A stretch of 63,043 nt of DNA, the filler included, from Bigelowiella natans CCMP2755 (taxonomy: Eukaryota > Protista > Cercozoa): NCBI GenBank assembly GCA_000320545.1. It is 5 parts of 5 records of this genome, joined end to end, with 100 filler letters (N's around TTAATTAATTAA, not from the genome) between each part and the next. Parts side by side here need not be neighbours in the genome. Positions count along the whole stretch, not along the records: positions 1 to 25,038 come from ADNK01003293.1; positions 25,139 to 36,062 come from ADNK01001918.1; 3 more parts are not named here. One strand, given 5' to 3'. The notes beneath the pieces were generated by a model. It searched no databases. It saw nothing but the letters and a program-made list of their open reading frames with translations, and had not been told where the DNA came from. Within the stretch, counting starts at the first letter, position 1, and the number at the start of each line of letters is the position of its first letter. Below are positions 13,501-25,779 of the stretch, one piece after another. A program made the translations under genes and the position numbers.

Positions 13501-13904
13501 TAGGAGCATCCATCCTCATATCCGACAAAGACGGCTTGGAGGCGATTCAGCAGGAGCAGAGTGTGCTAGCTTTCATTGCCCGCATCGAAGAAAGCAACTT
13601 GGCCATCCAGGGATTCGAGGACTACAAGCCTCTCTCGGAGGGCAAGTCGGTGAAGCTGGTGATTCGCGATGGGGTTGAGGCTCATTTACCGTTGAATCAA
13701 TTGGTGGACGCCGAAAAGGAAAGGGTGCGCCTCTCGAAGCAAGCCGAGAAAATGGAGAAGGACATCGAGCTGCTGAAGAAACGTCTCGAGTCAAAGGGTT
13801 TTGTTGACAAAGCTCCTCCGAAGAAAGTGGAGGAAACAAGGCAGCAGCTCGAAGAAAAAGTATCGCAACTGGGAAATATTAAGGATACTATAGCATCCTT
13901 ATAG
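10583..13904 (+). CDS. valS: Valyl-tRNA synthetase, organellar (bacterial-type) with bipartite targeting presequence; exon 1 10583-10695, exon 2 10820-13904
   Basis: Motifs PPPNVTGYLHMGH (HIGH), DWCVSRQLWWGHRIP and KMSKT, plus a C-terminal coiled coil. Exon 1 (MTEIAPLLVMRRNSGRGRMWTWLGVGMIVMAAAAFIG, AG|gt) splices in frame to ag|G at 10820 and is followed by a Ser/Arg-rich transit-like stretch. Confidence 0.96.
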
Positions 13905-14284
13905 CATTTACAGTTGGCTATCCTTTAACAAAGCGTAACGTGAAACGAATCTGCTGCCTAGACTGAATATGTTGGAATTATGCTTTGTTTGACGCGCAGA
14001 GCAGCCTGTAAGTAGCGATAGTACAGTGTGCAATATGTACTAATGCTAGGTGACTATATGTAATAATATTTGCTACGAGCTGTATTTATGCTGGTAATAG
14101 GCAACTTTGCAGCAAGGCAGTTAGGACGTTTATAACTGACACGTCGTAGACCAGCCCACTACATGAATGCATGCATTCTGACATATTTGATATTTTGAAT
14201 CGTATACACGCACATTACATGTAGCTATTATGTATAGCATGCGCCACGTACTGCTTTTCATATAGCCAGATAGCGTACTAGCGT

Positions 14285-14350
14285 AGCTATATAGGCAGAT
14301 TGGATGACTATTGGAAAAATGTAATTATTTCATTACATCCGTCTCATACA
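14285..14350 (-). repeat. Dispersed spacer element, copy B
   Basis: Reverse complement is tgtatgagacggatgtaatgaaataattacatttttccaatagtcatcc...tatagct; the first 22 nt are identical to copy A. Confidence 0.85.
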
Positions 14351-14467
14351 TGGATGTGCACTTAGCATTTTCACAGAGTTCCGATCCAGTCTTAAGAGTT
14401 TCTTCTTCATGAGCAAGCTTATGCCATTTAAAATATGTTTTGATGAGCAGCAGTTATTGCTCCAACG

Positions 14468-16520
14468 TTATTCAGCTTTCTTTGCAGCCTTCTTGTAGAG
14501 TGACTTCCAGGACGAAAACAAGGTCTTCGCTCTTCGAGAAATCTCCGCTGCATCACTCTTCCGGAATGGGTTCAACGTCTTGATAACATATGAAATTGCA
14601 AGAAGTTAAGCTTAAAAATAAAATTGGTGTCAAGGTAGGAGGCGCCTTCTATCACGTCATGTTTATACGTAAGGGCAGCCGTTACTTTTACATCATTTTT
14701 CAATTTTCCTTTGGCAACGGCATCATACCTTCGCAATAAGAGTTGTCTTGAGGGTTTGGACATCCATTTCAGCCCCCTGAAGCTTCTTTATCGCCTCCAA
14801 AATCTGAGTGCAATCGATTGCTAAATTTCCTATTCTTTGTTTGTCAATTTCCGGAAATAAAACCCCCACCTTATCATTATCAGAATCCTTGGACTCCAAA
14901 ACCGCTTGAATGACCTTGATTTCTGTTGTACTGTAGCGCTTTTTAGATTGCGCATGATTTCCACTCTCTGGGTCGGTGTCCCCGTGAACAACCTTCTCCT
15001 TCTTCCTCTGTTCGGTGAGTTTTCGCTTCTTAAGCAACTTTGCCAGCGCCGCCTCTTCCTTCCTTTTTTGCTCACGTTCGCTCTTCATTAATCCTTCCTC
15101 TATTGTCCAAAGGAGGAAAAAAAAGGGGGTAAGCTAGCGAGTAGTTGTGGGGAGCAGGCGGCGCGGAAAGCGTTTCGTTCGACACCTTTGTCTATTTGCT
15201 TGTTTAATGCTGCGTAGTCAGCGCCCCCGCGTCTGGATAAGGTAAAGAATGAATCAGTACACGTACCCCTCCTAATTTCTGTCCGCCAGCTTTCTCATGT
15301 AAAAATAGCTATATCATTCACACCGTCGCTTGCCTGTGACGACGTTCTTCTGATCGATGCCAACATCCTCCAGGCCTTCATGAAGGTCGTCCTAACGCCG
15401 TATGAACACCCGTTGCTCTAAGCTTTCAATATCTAAATCTCCCTTGAATCTATAGGTGTATAGGTGTACTTACGGAACAGAACGTCTACCTCGAAGGTCC
15501 ATTTGAGCGTATTCTCGCCCTTTTTTTGCCACACAACCTCCTCTGTGGAACTCTTTGCTAGTTTTATTCTCCACCCATCCATCTCGATGGTGTTCGCAAC
15601 TTCCTTCAATTCATACTTGAGGCCATTTCCAAATTCTGCGTGAGATCCTCTGACCTTTATTGTATACCCAAACTGGGCGTGGTTCCAAACACCTTGAAGG
15701 TCTGTTTTACGAGGAGGGAGGAGGAGGAGGCAGGGAGGAGCACAACGCAAGGGGTAGTGCGATCAGAAATTCACTCATTCACTGGATGCCTAACACTTTC
15801 CCCATACTTTTTAATGAGACTTCCTCCATGGCTTTCGCGTGCTCGAAGGATACACAAAGAAGTTGTTATATCCCCAACGCACGAAGCTGTCTCCACGTCC
15901 TCATTCAATATCAGCACTGCAAGAAGGGGAACGTCAAAAATCAGATAAATCGCCAGGTAAATAACCCTGCGTCACGAAAATATTGTTGTCGCAGACACAA
16001 AACAATCGGTGTTTTCGCAGTTGTGCGTCTCGAGATAGATGTTTTCGGCTTGAGTTGTTGCCGTGTTGAAGGAGGGTTGAAAACGAATTGCTTCCCGTCG
16101 ATTTTCAGGTAAAAACGGATCTGTTTTCGCTCTACGACTTGTACGAGTCCCTCCTAAGACAGACGGCGACAAGGGAAGACAACAGATTTCGGGAACAACA
16201 GCATCCGGTTTTATCTTGGAAATCTGTATTGAAATCATGTCGCACTCAGAAAAACGCCTTGATCGGTTCCGATTGAATGTTAAAGTATTCCAAGCATCGA
16301 CCTCCGACTGGCTATACCCAACACGTCTTCCCTTCGTGTGTCGCGAGCGCGTTCGTACGCCTCCTCCACCCTTTGCACCGGTGAAGCGAGGCAATTTTGT
16401 CGTCATCGTCGTCGTCGAAAGCTTGTGCAAGGTTGATTTGAATCTGTGGAGAGGTTGTGTGAGTGTTGGTTGTGGGTTAGAGACGGGGAAGAAACAGGTG
16501 GAGGCTAAGACGAGCACCAT
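14468..16520 (-). CDS. TFIIS N-terminal (LW/Med26-like) domain protein with CHZ-like motif (multi-exon; start uncertain)
   Basis: Spliced C-terminus ILEAIKKLQGAEMDVQTLKTTLIAK-TLNPFRKSDAAEISRRAKTLFSSWK matches the TFIIS-N pattern. Upstream exons give LEDVGIDQKNVVTGKRR-RGGADY (CHZ-like). Stop at 14468-14470. Confidence 0.7.
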
Positions 16521-16703
16521 GCTTCTGGTGTCAATTCCCCCTCATTTCCCCTTTGCTCAGAGCACGAACCAGGCAACGAATCTGAGTAAGCTGTTGAAGA
16601 ATCCATTGTCAAGGCGATTCTTTACGAAGTAATGCATCAAGCATGAAGACCCTCCTCTCGTTAGTTTGAAGAGTTCAAAACTACTTTCCTCCTTGCACCG
16701 AAA

Positions 16704-18528
16704 ATGGGATCGCTTGTGGCAACACCGTCATTCGCCACCAACTGTAACTCCCGGAGAAGGAGAGAATTCCGTCCGAAATCGTTCGCATCGCTTCAGGTGA
16801 TGGATTGATTACCACCGCGTACAATGTGCTGTCACTCGGCTAATGAACGCCTTTATTTGTTGGTGTGCCATTTCAAAGAGCGAAAACATGAGATTGCTAG
16901 AGGAAACAGAGAACCTCGCTGTTCAAGTGGAGGGATGGAAGCGTTACCGCTCTAAGCGCCTGGTGGAGATTGAACGTCTAAAAAAAAAGATTGCGGAATT
17001 GAGGAGGCTTCATGCAGGTACACACCGCCAACAACCATTCAAATCATATCTCAAATTTGTCCATTCAGGCTCTGGACAGGGATCGTCATCAACCCTGACG
17101 ACGATCAACGAATCAACTAGCGAATCATCAGCAAGGATTCTGAGTACAGGAGCGGACGCAATCTCGCAGGGCAACATAGATTGGAACCAAGCAAGGGTCC
17201 ATCGGCTGCGAATGGATTGTCGCAGCAGCAGGAGCAATAGCTCGAATAATACCTACATTGATGATGGAAAAAGAGGCACTTTTAAGGGATCTGCTACCTC
17301 GAGACACTCTGATGTGTTACTCGGAAACACAAGGCCAATGCTGCCCCCATCATCTCCGAAGAAATCACAGCAGCAGCAGCTGCCGGATCGATATCAGAGG
17401 GACAATGAGCTCAGCCACCGCCATTTTCACGACCGGAAAAACAGCTGCACCTCACTTACGAGTACCGTCGCCACTGGCAAATCAACCGTTGGATCAGCTA
17501 TAAATTGTAGTCAGGCTACTAACACGCAACTCGAGATTGAGGCGGAGGCCGCACCGATTGAAACATCACACGATGTTACAAACAAGAGCAAGGTCACCCA
17601 GCCCCAAAGAAAGTTCTACTATCGAATGAACGACATCAAGGTCGTCCAAAAGGTGGGGGAGGGGGTATTTGCAAAGGTCTTTAAGGTAGAAATACTGGCG
17701 AATAAGAAAATCGCAGCTCTGAAAGTGCCGAAATCAGCGGATGCGCACAGTAAATGCCTGAAGGAAGTCTTAGGTATTATGGGACTATCAGCGCAGCGTA
17801 ACATTCTGAGTATCCACGGAATGATAAAAACAGACTTTGACGACGCGGCCTTTCTACTCGAGTTCTGTGAGCTGGGTTCGCTGGACAAACTTCACGATAA
17901 GTTTGACTTGAAGCAAGAGAGCTGCTTCTACGGCATCGCCAGGGGAATCTTCATGGGCCTTATGCACCTGCATATCCACGGCTTCATCCACAGAGAGATT
18001 GCTTGCAGGAATCTGCTTGTGAGGAGAGACTGGAGCATCGCCATTGCTGATTTTAACCTTGCTGTCCGTAGTCATGATGCAAACGGTGAGTTCCAGGCTG
18101 TTCCTGGCGAGTCCCTGCCTTGGCCTTGGATGGCGCCTGAAGCTCTTAAGTATCTTACTTTCTCCTTCAAAAGCGATGTTTGGGCGGCAGGTGTAGCTCT
18201 CTGGGAGGTCCTGAATAAGGGCAAGGTGCCATATTCGAGCAAGCGCGGAACTAACGCTACTATGAACACGATTTCTCTGATATTGAAAGGCTCCTTGAAG
18301 CTACCGGTGAAAGGTAAGTACAAGAAGATTGTTATGGCTTGCTTGGAGGGGGACAGGCACCTAAGGCCTGATGCATGCGACGTATTCATTGACTACATTC
18401 CGGGAGGCAGGAAGTATATACTACAGTACGGCACAAAAGAAATGAGAAAGTGGTCGGAAAAGAGATTCACTCAAATGCTTATGGCAAGGAGCAGACCGAC
18501 AACGTCACATTCGATAAACACGGTATGA
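16704..18528 (+). CDS. Tyrosine-kinase-like protein (probable pseudokinase); exon 1 16704-16796, exon 2 16879-18528
   Basis: Motifs GEGVFAKV, AALK, HREIACRN, DFN, LPWPWMAPE and SDVWAAG, with an N-terminal coiled coil. The upstream exon splices in phase 0. Confidence 0.85.
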
Positions 18529-18844
18529 CGACGATTGATAGCAGACGAAATATTGATTTCGCTATGATTTATTATTCGCAAATTGCCCGCTTATCCTCGG
18601 ATGGGTTAAATTAGTGCGCAAAGGACAAAGAACGAAAGAGTGTTACCTGATGCAATTATAAGTGTTTCGGAATGCCGCTGAGGTAGGCAATGCATTTATG
18701 TACATATGACATTTGTACATGCACGCATTCATACTCGTGAGACTACACAAACGCAATGTTAGAAATGATCGGCGCGGACTACATATTTTCGGCATCAATA
18801 AGGCCAACTGTGAATTTTTATTGTCGTACTTACGTATTAGCGCT

Positions 18845-18942
18845 TATGAGACGGATGCAGTGAATATATTTTTTGTTTTTGGCAATTGTCATCCTAACTC
18901 TATAACATAGCTATGCAAAGCTACAGCTACAGCGCTTATGTT
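18845..18942 (+). repeat. Dispersed spacer element, copy C
   Basis: tatgagacggatgcagtgaa...caattgtcatcctaa...agctatgcaaagc...acagcgcttatgtt; the extended 3' tail is shared with copy E. Confidence 0.8.
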
Positions 18943-19128
18943 AAATTTATTTGTTTTGCTTAACGCTTATAGCTTAGCAAGCATGCTAGCATGCATCACA
19001 ACAATCTAAACTCATGCTTGTGGCTTAAGCAGTCAAGCTCACGCTACACATTCCACAGCTAGCTGCTAGCGTGCTACCACTAGATCATAGCTATTGCGTG
19101 TGCAATGGTGCGCAGATCAAGTCACCAG

Positions 19129-19162
19129 TACACAGCTACATTAGGATGGCCATTAAAAAAAA
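19129..19162 (-). repeat. Dispersed spacer element, partial copy D (inverted relative to C)
   Basis: Reverse complement is ttttttaatggccatcctaatgtagctgtg, compared with copy E ttttcaatggtcatcctaatgtagctatg. Confidence 0.75.
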
Positions 19163-19553
19163 TCGCTTCCGCGCGTGCAACGTGCTTTGTCATGTAGTCT
19201 AGATGTGCTCCTTGCTGTTCAATCACTATTCCGGTTGCGATGCGAGTGTGGAGTTAGAGAACACAATGCTTGTAAAACGATTTCACAACAGGCACGGCGA
19301 CATATGCCCAAAGTGTTTTTTGGAAATGTCTCGCTCAAAATCCGTGTGCATGCAAGCAATACATCTAGACATCTGTGCAAAATTATATTAGTTTTCACCT
19401 ACATTTAACGCTTGCACTTGCAATGCTTTTGTGAATACATTTGTAGCCATAAATTTATATATGCATAATAAATATATTTTCTATGTGTAATTTTATAATA
19501 AATTAAACCTAAAATTAACGCAACAGGCTCACTAAGCAAACTGCTTCTGTATC

Positions 19554-20205
19554 TCACATCTTTGGAGAAAAGGACACCCCACAACCGCATGCGGATTCAG
19601 AGTTTGGATTTGCTGCTACAATAAACTTGCTGCCAATGAGCTCTTGCTCGTAATCAATGGTAGAACCTTTAAGAAACTCCATTGAGGCCTCATCTACGAC
19701 TACGGTAGCCCCATTCTCCTCAAAGACCGAATCGCCTTCCTCATTTTCAGCCTTCATCGGTTCAAGTACAAATTCATACTGAAATCCAGAACATCCTTAA
19801 GAAAAGAAATTCGTTAGTTAGTCAGAATGTTGAGAATACAGCTACTAGATAGACACGAACCTCCACTGTCAACTCGCACACGTAATCTAAAGTCCTCGTT
19901 TTTCTTTTCCTTCAACTCCATTAATCGCTTGCAGCATGACTCCGATATTCGCAATTCCTGAGATGCCTCCGTAGAAAGAGGTCTTTATGCAAAGCATCAG
20001 AGAATGTAACCCGAGTGCAGGGCCGTGGATGTCATGGTGGTGGGGTAACTACAAAAAAAGTGCGATTGAAAGACGCCATCTTCTTCGTCTACCTTGTTTC
20101 TTTCGTCTCTAGAGAGGGGAATGGAAGCTTTCTTATTGTGATCCCAAGATAAGTTGAAGGCCTGGTGGTGATTCGTGTGACCTTGCGCGTGAGCAGCCTC
20201 CGCAT
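19554..20205 (-). CDS. ISCA2: Iron-sulfur cluster assembly A-type protein (ISCA2/HesB), mitochondrial-type presequence, 3 exons
   Basis: Spliced product reads MRRLLTRKVTRITTRPST...RLRVRVDSG-GCSGFQYEF...VVVDEASMEFLKGSTIDYEQELIGSKF..NPNSESACGCGVSF. Confidence 0.92.
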
Positions 20206-20830
20206 ATTCGCTCCTCCCTGTGGCTTCGTTGGGTTCTGAGAGGTCGAGGGAAGGATAAGTGAATCCTGAGGATTCGAGGAGAAATTAATGTTTCTAAAAA
20301 ACATATATTTACTAAAATATAAAAGACGCATACATAAAATACTACCTATTTTTCTTATTTCTGAAATCCTCCAGCTCCAGTTCCAGGATGAAAACCCCCA
20401 TTCCTTCTGGCCTCCGGTTTATTCCCGATAAAATAATGACTTCCGCTTCGTTCTTGAAACATTCATAGACACAATCCTTTTTACGACTACGACAAGATAA
20501 ACATGTAGATATTCTACCGGAAAGCCCCGCGTCGCTGGCTTGGAGATCGCGACGAGCGTAGCTGCAGGCCGGGAGGGGGAGGGGACTCATAGCCTAACAT
20601 TTAAAAGACCCAGCCTTCTGCCTCTCGCGTCGATTGCAGCATGTATTAGTGGAGAGCGGGGTCGAGAAGGTGCACGAGCGACACCAGCGTCAAGTTTAAT
20701 TTGGGTGTGTTCAAACACAAGAACAGTGATTTCCGTCGTCTGGATTGGTTGTTTACTTCTGTCATATCCACGGGGGGGCACGTTGCATGTATAGCTTAAA
20801 ATAATCCCAAGCAAGATACATCAGCACGTT

Positions 20831-21984
20831 ATGGCTGAGGCCAGAGACCTCGAGAGCATCAACAGAACGCTAGAAGGCCCGGTAGTAGTAAATTCGCAGC
20901 ATGAAGCTCGTGCGTTGTTAGCACCCTAATTTTTGGTATTAGCCATTGTCATGTATGTAGCTAGACACATGTAACATATATACCGTGCATGCTACGACCC
21001 ACACCTTCATCAGACGCAGCCCCTCGCTTGATGTCAACTCTTTCATGTTTCTTTAGATGTACATCGAAAGAAGAAGGGTCGATCCGCAGGTTTATGGACG
21101 GCGGCCAGATGCCTCTCAACGCGGGTATCATCGAGCTTCTCGTGACGTTTCAGATCGACTGCGCAGTCACCGAAGAAGCGGGAGATCTGGTCATACAAGG
21201 GACAACAATCAATCTGGAAGGCACTTTGCTGCAGCAGAAGGCGGCTACAATGATGACGATAGCAATAGCGAGAGGAGGCCAAAAACAACAAAAAGAAGCT
21301 CAGACGTACTACGACGACACAATCCGGGGACCAACTACCTCCGTGATAATGACGACGACCACGAGAGCAGGAAAAGAAGAGCGGTAAGGCGTTATAGGCC
21401 GGAGATATGGGATGAAGACGATTGCGAGAAAATTGAAGATCACAGCTGTTCGCATCGGTATGAGAACCAAGATAGTGATATAAAACGTCGCGGCAGGACC
21501 GATACTGGTTGCCCTTCTATGTTTCCTCGGGAAAACAGCATCCGGGAAGGCACAGTGCTCCGAGAAGATGCAAGCGGCGTGCATGTGGATATTGGGTGCT
21601 CCGACTCACTTCGTGCAGTCATCAGCTTCGATGATATCGGTGATGCGAGAGATTATTGGAGGGGGAGAGAGGTCAAGGTACGGGTGAAAGCGGTCAACCA
21701 TAGGCGCGGTGTCATCAATCTAGCCCCTCTTAACCCGGAATTGTCATCGTCATCGTCGTCTCAAAGTAGTAGCTATCCGTCGTCAGAAAGAAGGGGGAGG
21801 AGGGGGGGTGACGCTGCCAGAGGAGGACGCATGGGAGATGTCAGCATTCCACGGAAAAACCGGATGCACAGGGATAATGTGCGTAGGAACTCTGCAGATA
21901 GCAACCGCTTATCGGCACGGATGACACCGTCGATTCATTCCAAAACTGAGGATTTTCTGACTGAAACAAGGGAGGGGGAGAGGG

Positions 21985-22018
<34 letters not shown>

Positions 22019-23253
22019 GCATCATCATCATCATCATCACCAAAGCAAAGATTCTGAGTTTAAGAATAGAAAGAAGAGCAGCAAGGGTGTTAAGGTGGAG
22101 AACCAGCTAACCGAATCATCCCATGCTGCCGACGATGGGAGTGTGAGCAGTAGCAGTTGGGAGGAGGTTGACGAAGACGATGATGCTCTGGTCTATAATC
22201 TCGACAAGATTTTCTCGTAAGTTTGTCCTTTCTTCCTAGCATGCACATGCGATCGAAGCGGCACTAGATTGTCCTTATCCGCGGTGCTCATCAGCGCAAA
22301 CAAGCACGCACACACGTACGCACGCGCAGAGGCGCAACAGCACATTTAAAATTACTACCCATGAATTACATTCCCCCATCTCTAAACAACGATATAACTT
22401 CCCTATGAAGGAACGCGTCGGAGTTCCCAGATGTGCACACGTTAGCGAATCAGGACGGGGCATTAGATGGGAAAGCCGAGGAGGAGAAGGAGGGGGGGGG
22501 GAAGAAGCAGCTGGCGCTGATGGAGCCACTCCCCGCAAGAGGATTTCTGTGCGAGCTGGATGGAGTGTAAGTGCAATTATTTCCACCTGTGCTGTGTGTA
22601 ACATATAAACACATAAAGATAAAGAAGAAAACATTCCTATCGTTAGATACGCGAGACAGGATGTGAAGGGCTTTGAAGTGCCAAGCAACAAAACCGTTGA
22701 TTTGAAGGATCTCATCGTTCAGCAGCGCTCATCTTCAAGGAGAGCAATAAAGGTAACATCGACAAGTATCATCGATACCCTTCATTCCTTCCCATATCTA
22801 ATGATAATTGCGTTGTTGCCCCCCCCCTCCCCCTGCCGTATTTCCAGAACTTAAATCGGGTGAAAATACACAAGGAGAAGGACAAGCAGCAGCTCCTCTC
22901 CAAAATAGGTATTCTTTGCCCTGTTAAACATTAGCAAGAACGCCGACGTTTTCCTCCCCGTTGTTTTTGCTGCACGAGCATTGCCATGGCTACTACTAAT
23001 GCGTGGACGAAGTACCCAAATGATCTACATTTTCATGTTTTCAGGAGGTGATACGATAGAAGTGCATAACCATAGACATTTCGTGGAGGAGTACGAGCGA
23101 CGATTCGTTCGATACCTATCTCAGCAGCCGCGGCAGGGGGGGGGGGGGCAAACAAAGGTTAGAGCACGAGTGACTTTTTTGTAACATGCACATGTTTTGT
23201 GTGTTGGATAAAGAATATGAATGAAACTTTAAAGATATAAGTATTTATATTTA

Positions 23254-23321
<68 letters not shown>

Positions 23322-23613
23322 GCCATGTTTTTCTTAATGGTTGATTCCCTCATAGTCTTCATCACTGATGCGTGCATATATATCTCAGAAGAAGAAGGAA
23401 GCACAGGATGTTCAGCCATTACTCAACGAGCTTCGGCAGGTCTAAATGAAAATCCATTCTCATCCCCCCCTCTCCGCCTCTCCCTATTATCTATGTAATT
23501 GTTTTTTCAATATGGTTGACACCAGCGTACTTCTCTCTGCAGATGTTCCAGACGACAGAATTCGAAGGAAAGTAAGAACCAGGAAAGAACAAGCTGACCA
23601 AATCTTATCCTAG
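20831..23613 (+). CDS. Low-complexity protein with an S1-like RNA-binding domain (multi-exon)
   Basis: Large exon 21057-~22218 contains IREGTVLREDASGVHVDIG...GREVKVRVKAVNHRRGVINL (S1/OB pattern). Small GT-AG exons flank it and the stop is at 23611-23613. Confidence 0.6.
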
Positions 23614-23888
23614 TCCGGCCTTTTGCTTCAACACGGCTATAATGTCATCTCGGCTTCAGGGACGAAACACGATCATGAGTAGAGGGGGAGGCGTAAGAGC
23701 GACGGAAAAGCTTAGAGGGAGAAAAGGAGCGCGAGTTCGCAATATCGCTGTGTATAGCAATCACAGGCACCACTCTAGCACTAGATAGACCAGCAGGCAT
23801 TCAATGATGCCACTACATGTGTCGTGCACGTAGACACATCTAGACATGAAGTAGCTCTGGAACTATAGTCGATCACACACATATACTA

Positions 23889-23974
23889 ATGAGTCGGATG
23901 TAATGAAGTGATTAAGCTTTTTCAATGGTCATCCTAATGTAGCTATGCAAAGCAGCGACCACAGCGCTTATGTT
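23889..23974 (+). repeat. Dispersed spacer element, copy E
   Basis: atgagtcggatgtaatgaagtgattaagctttttcaatggtcatcctaatgtagctatgcaaagcagcgaccacagcgcttatgtt. Confidence 0.85.
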
Positions 23975-24557
23975 GTGTCTGTGTGTCTCCGCAGTCATCA
24001 ATATGTGCTTCATGCATGAAAAAGCATTCTTGTCTTGTCGTCGGTGTCGAGCAGTGCTAGCTAGCTAGTAGCTAGCTAAAGTGCGCACATAGTGGTCCGT
24101 AATTCTAACTCTTCTTCAGCAGCGACCACACACGATATTAACTCATTATAGCTTCGCAGTCATCATTGTACATACTAGCATAGCGCGTAGCGTGCAAACT
24201 TTATTTGCGTCGTTACATAACTAACATTCGCATAGCGTGCAATGTTCTAAGCATTGTGCAGTCAAAGTCCAAGTACGCGCAATTAAGGCTCGCGCTGGTC
24301 TCATATTGTAACATTGTTATTGTTGAGGCTGAAGAACACGCATATAGCATGCCCTGCAAGCCGCCAAACTCCATACAGCTATTTATAAGGCGTGTACGAC
24401 TACTACTGCTCATCGGGCAATTCAGCGTATGGTACGTGCTGCCGCCAATCATTTCTTGAGATAAATCTCATCTCCCCTGCTTCTACTTCTGCTTCTTCTT
24501 CTTTAGTTTTTGCGGCTTAAGCCTCACCACCATCCCCCTCTTCACCAATGGAAACCA

Positions 24558-24909
24558 TCACGGTAGCTGCGACACAGATTTGCACGTGTTGATTTGTGAG
24601 TAGTAACTTGTCGAGGAAGAGGGTGTGAATGAATCTGCCATCACGACGTTTTCTGGAGGCTCCCTGAGGATCGGGGCAGGGGAGGAGGAGGGGGAAAAGG
24701 ATGAGAGAATTACAGGAGAGAGCATTTATTCAAGATTATTGTATCACCCTATTTTTCATAAATTGCCATTATTACTCCTCCTCCTCTTCTCTTCCTCTAC
24801 TACTACTACTACTACTACTACTACTATTACTACTGCTACTACTGATGCTGCTGCTTTATGTAGTACCAACAGGTTTTCCCCGTGAGCGCGTTATAGTAGT
24901 ACGGTATGC
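24558..24909 (-). CDS. C-terminal exons of a WW-domain protein
   Basis: Exons splice to GIPYYYNALTGKTCW-EPPENVVMADSF...LP*, matching the WW pattern YYYN..T..T.W.PP. The upstream part is cut by the gap. Confidence 0.65.
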
Positions 24910-25038
24910 CTGCAATGTTCATCAAACATCACTCACTTGCAATAAGAAAAAGAAGAAAAAGAAGCAGCAGCAGCAGGAGCGGCACATATCTTTCAAAGCG
25001 CGCACACACATAAACACACATATATACACACAAATAAG

Positions 25039-25138
25039 NNNNNNNNNNNNNNNNNNNNNNNNNNNNNNNNNNNNNNNNNNNNTTAATTAATTAANNNNNN
25101 NNNNNNNNNNNNNNNNNNNNNNNNNNNNNNNNNNNNNN
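25039..25138. other. Assembly gap linker (44N-TTAATTAATTAA-44N)
   Basis: Artificial six-frame-stop spacer, identical at four sites in the window. Confidence 0.97.
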
Positions 25139-25194
25139 GAGAGAGAGAGAGAGGAAGGAGGGGAGGGGTGAAGGGAGAGAAAGGGCTGGATACC

Positions 25195-25322
25195 TGAAAG
25201 GGGCAAGGGTCCAAACCAGTAGTCAAAAACCAACGTGCGAATATTTCGCGTAAAGCCTTTGCTGTTTGTGACGTATAAAGAACACATCCATGAGGAGGAC
25301 GATAATGATGATGGCGACGCAA

Positions 25323-25369
<47 letters not shown>

Positions 25370-25738
25370 TGTACGATACGATATACATTGCCAAAGGCGG
25401 GAGTTGTCTTACGTTGATAACGATGCTGCTGCAAAGGCTAGTGGCCAGATCTGTTCCTCAAGGCTAAGCCGCCCTCCGTGAATGAGTTCTCCTTCTCTGA
25501 CGTCACTTTGTCTCCTGCTCTGGGCGCTAGGTGCTGTTATTTATAACATGGCGATGATGATGATGATCATGATGACGATATGGAGGAATGAATTCCAAAA
25601 GTGCGCCGGAAACATCCATGGCGCTTTGGTCTACTGATGATAGCCGGTGGCCGCATCACAGAATAACTATCGTTCGTATTCTTGCAAGAATGATTGTGTA
25701 GAAGAAAGTAAGTGAGTGTGTGTGTGTGTGTGTGTGTA

Positions 25739-25779
<41 letters not shown>

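Noticed and set aside
10823-13839. Many ORFs overlapping ValRS, mostly antisense
   Set aside because: Shadow ORFs of a GC-rich coding sequence with no motifs.
25039-25138. TTAATTAATTAA palindrome inside N runs (also at 36063, 41982 and 58757)
   Set aside because: Artificial six-frame-stop scaffold linker. It is not biological, and adjacency across it is not guaranteed.
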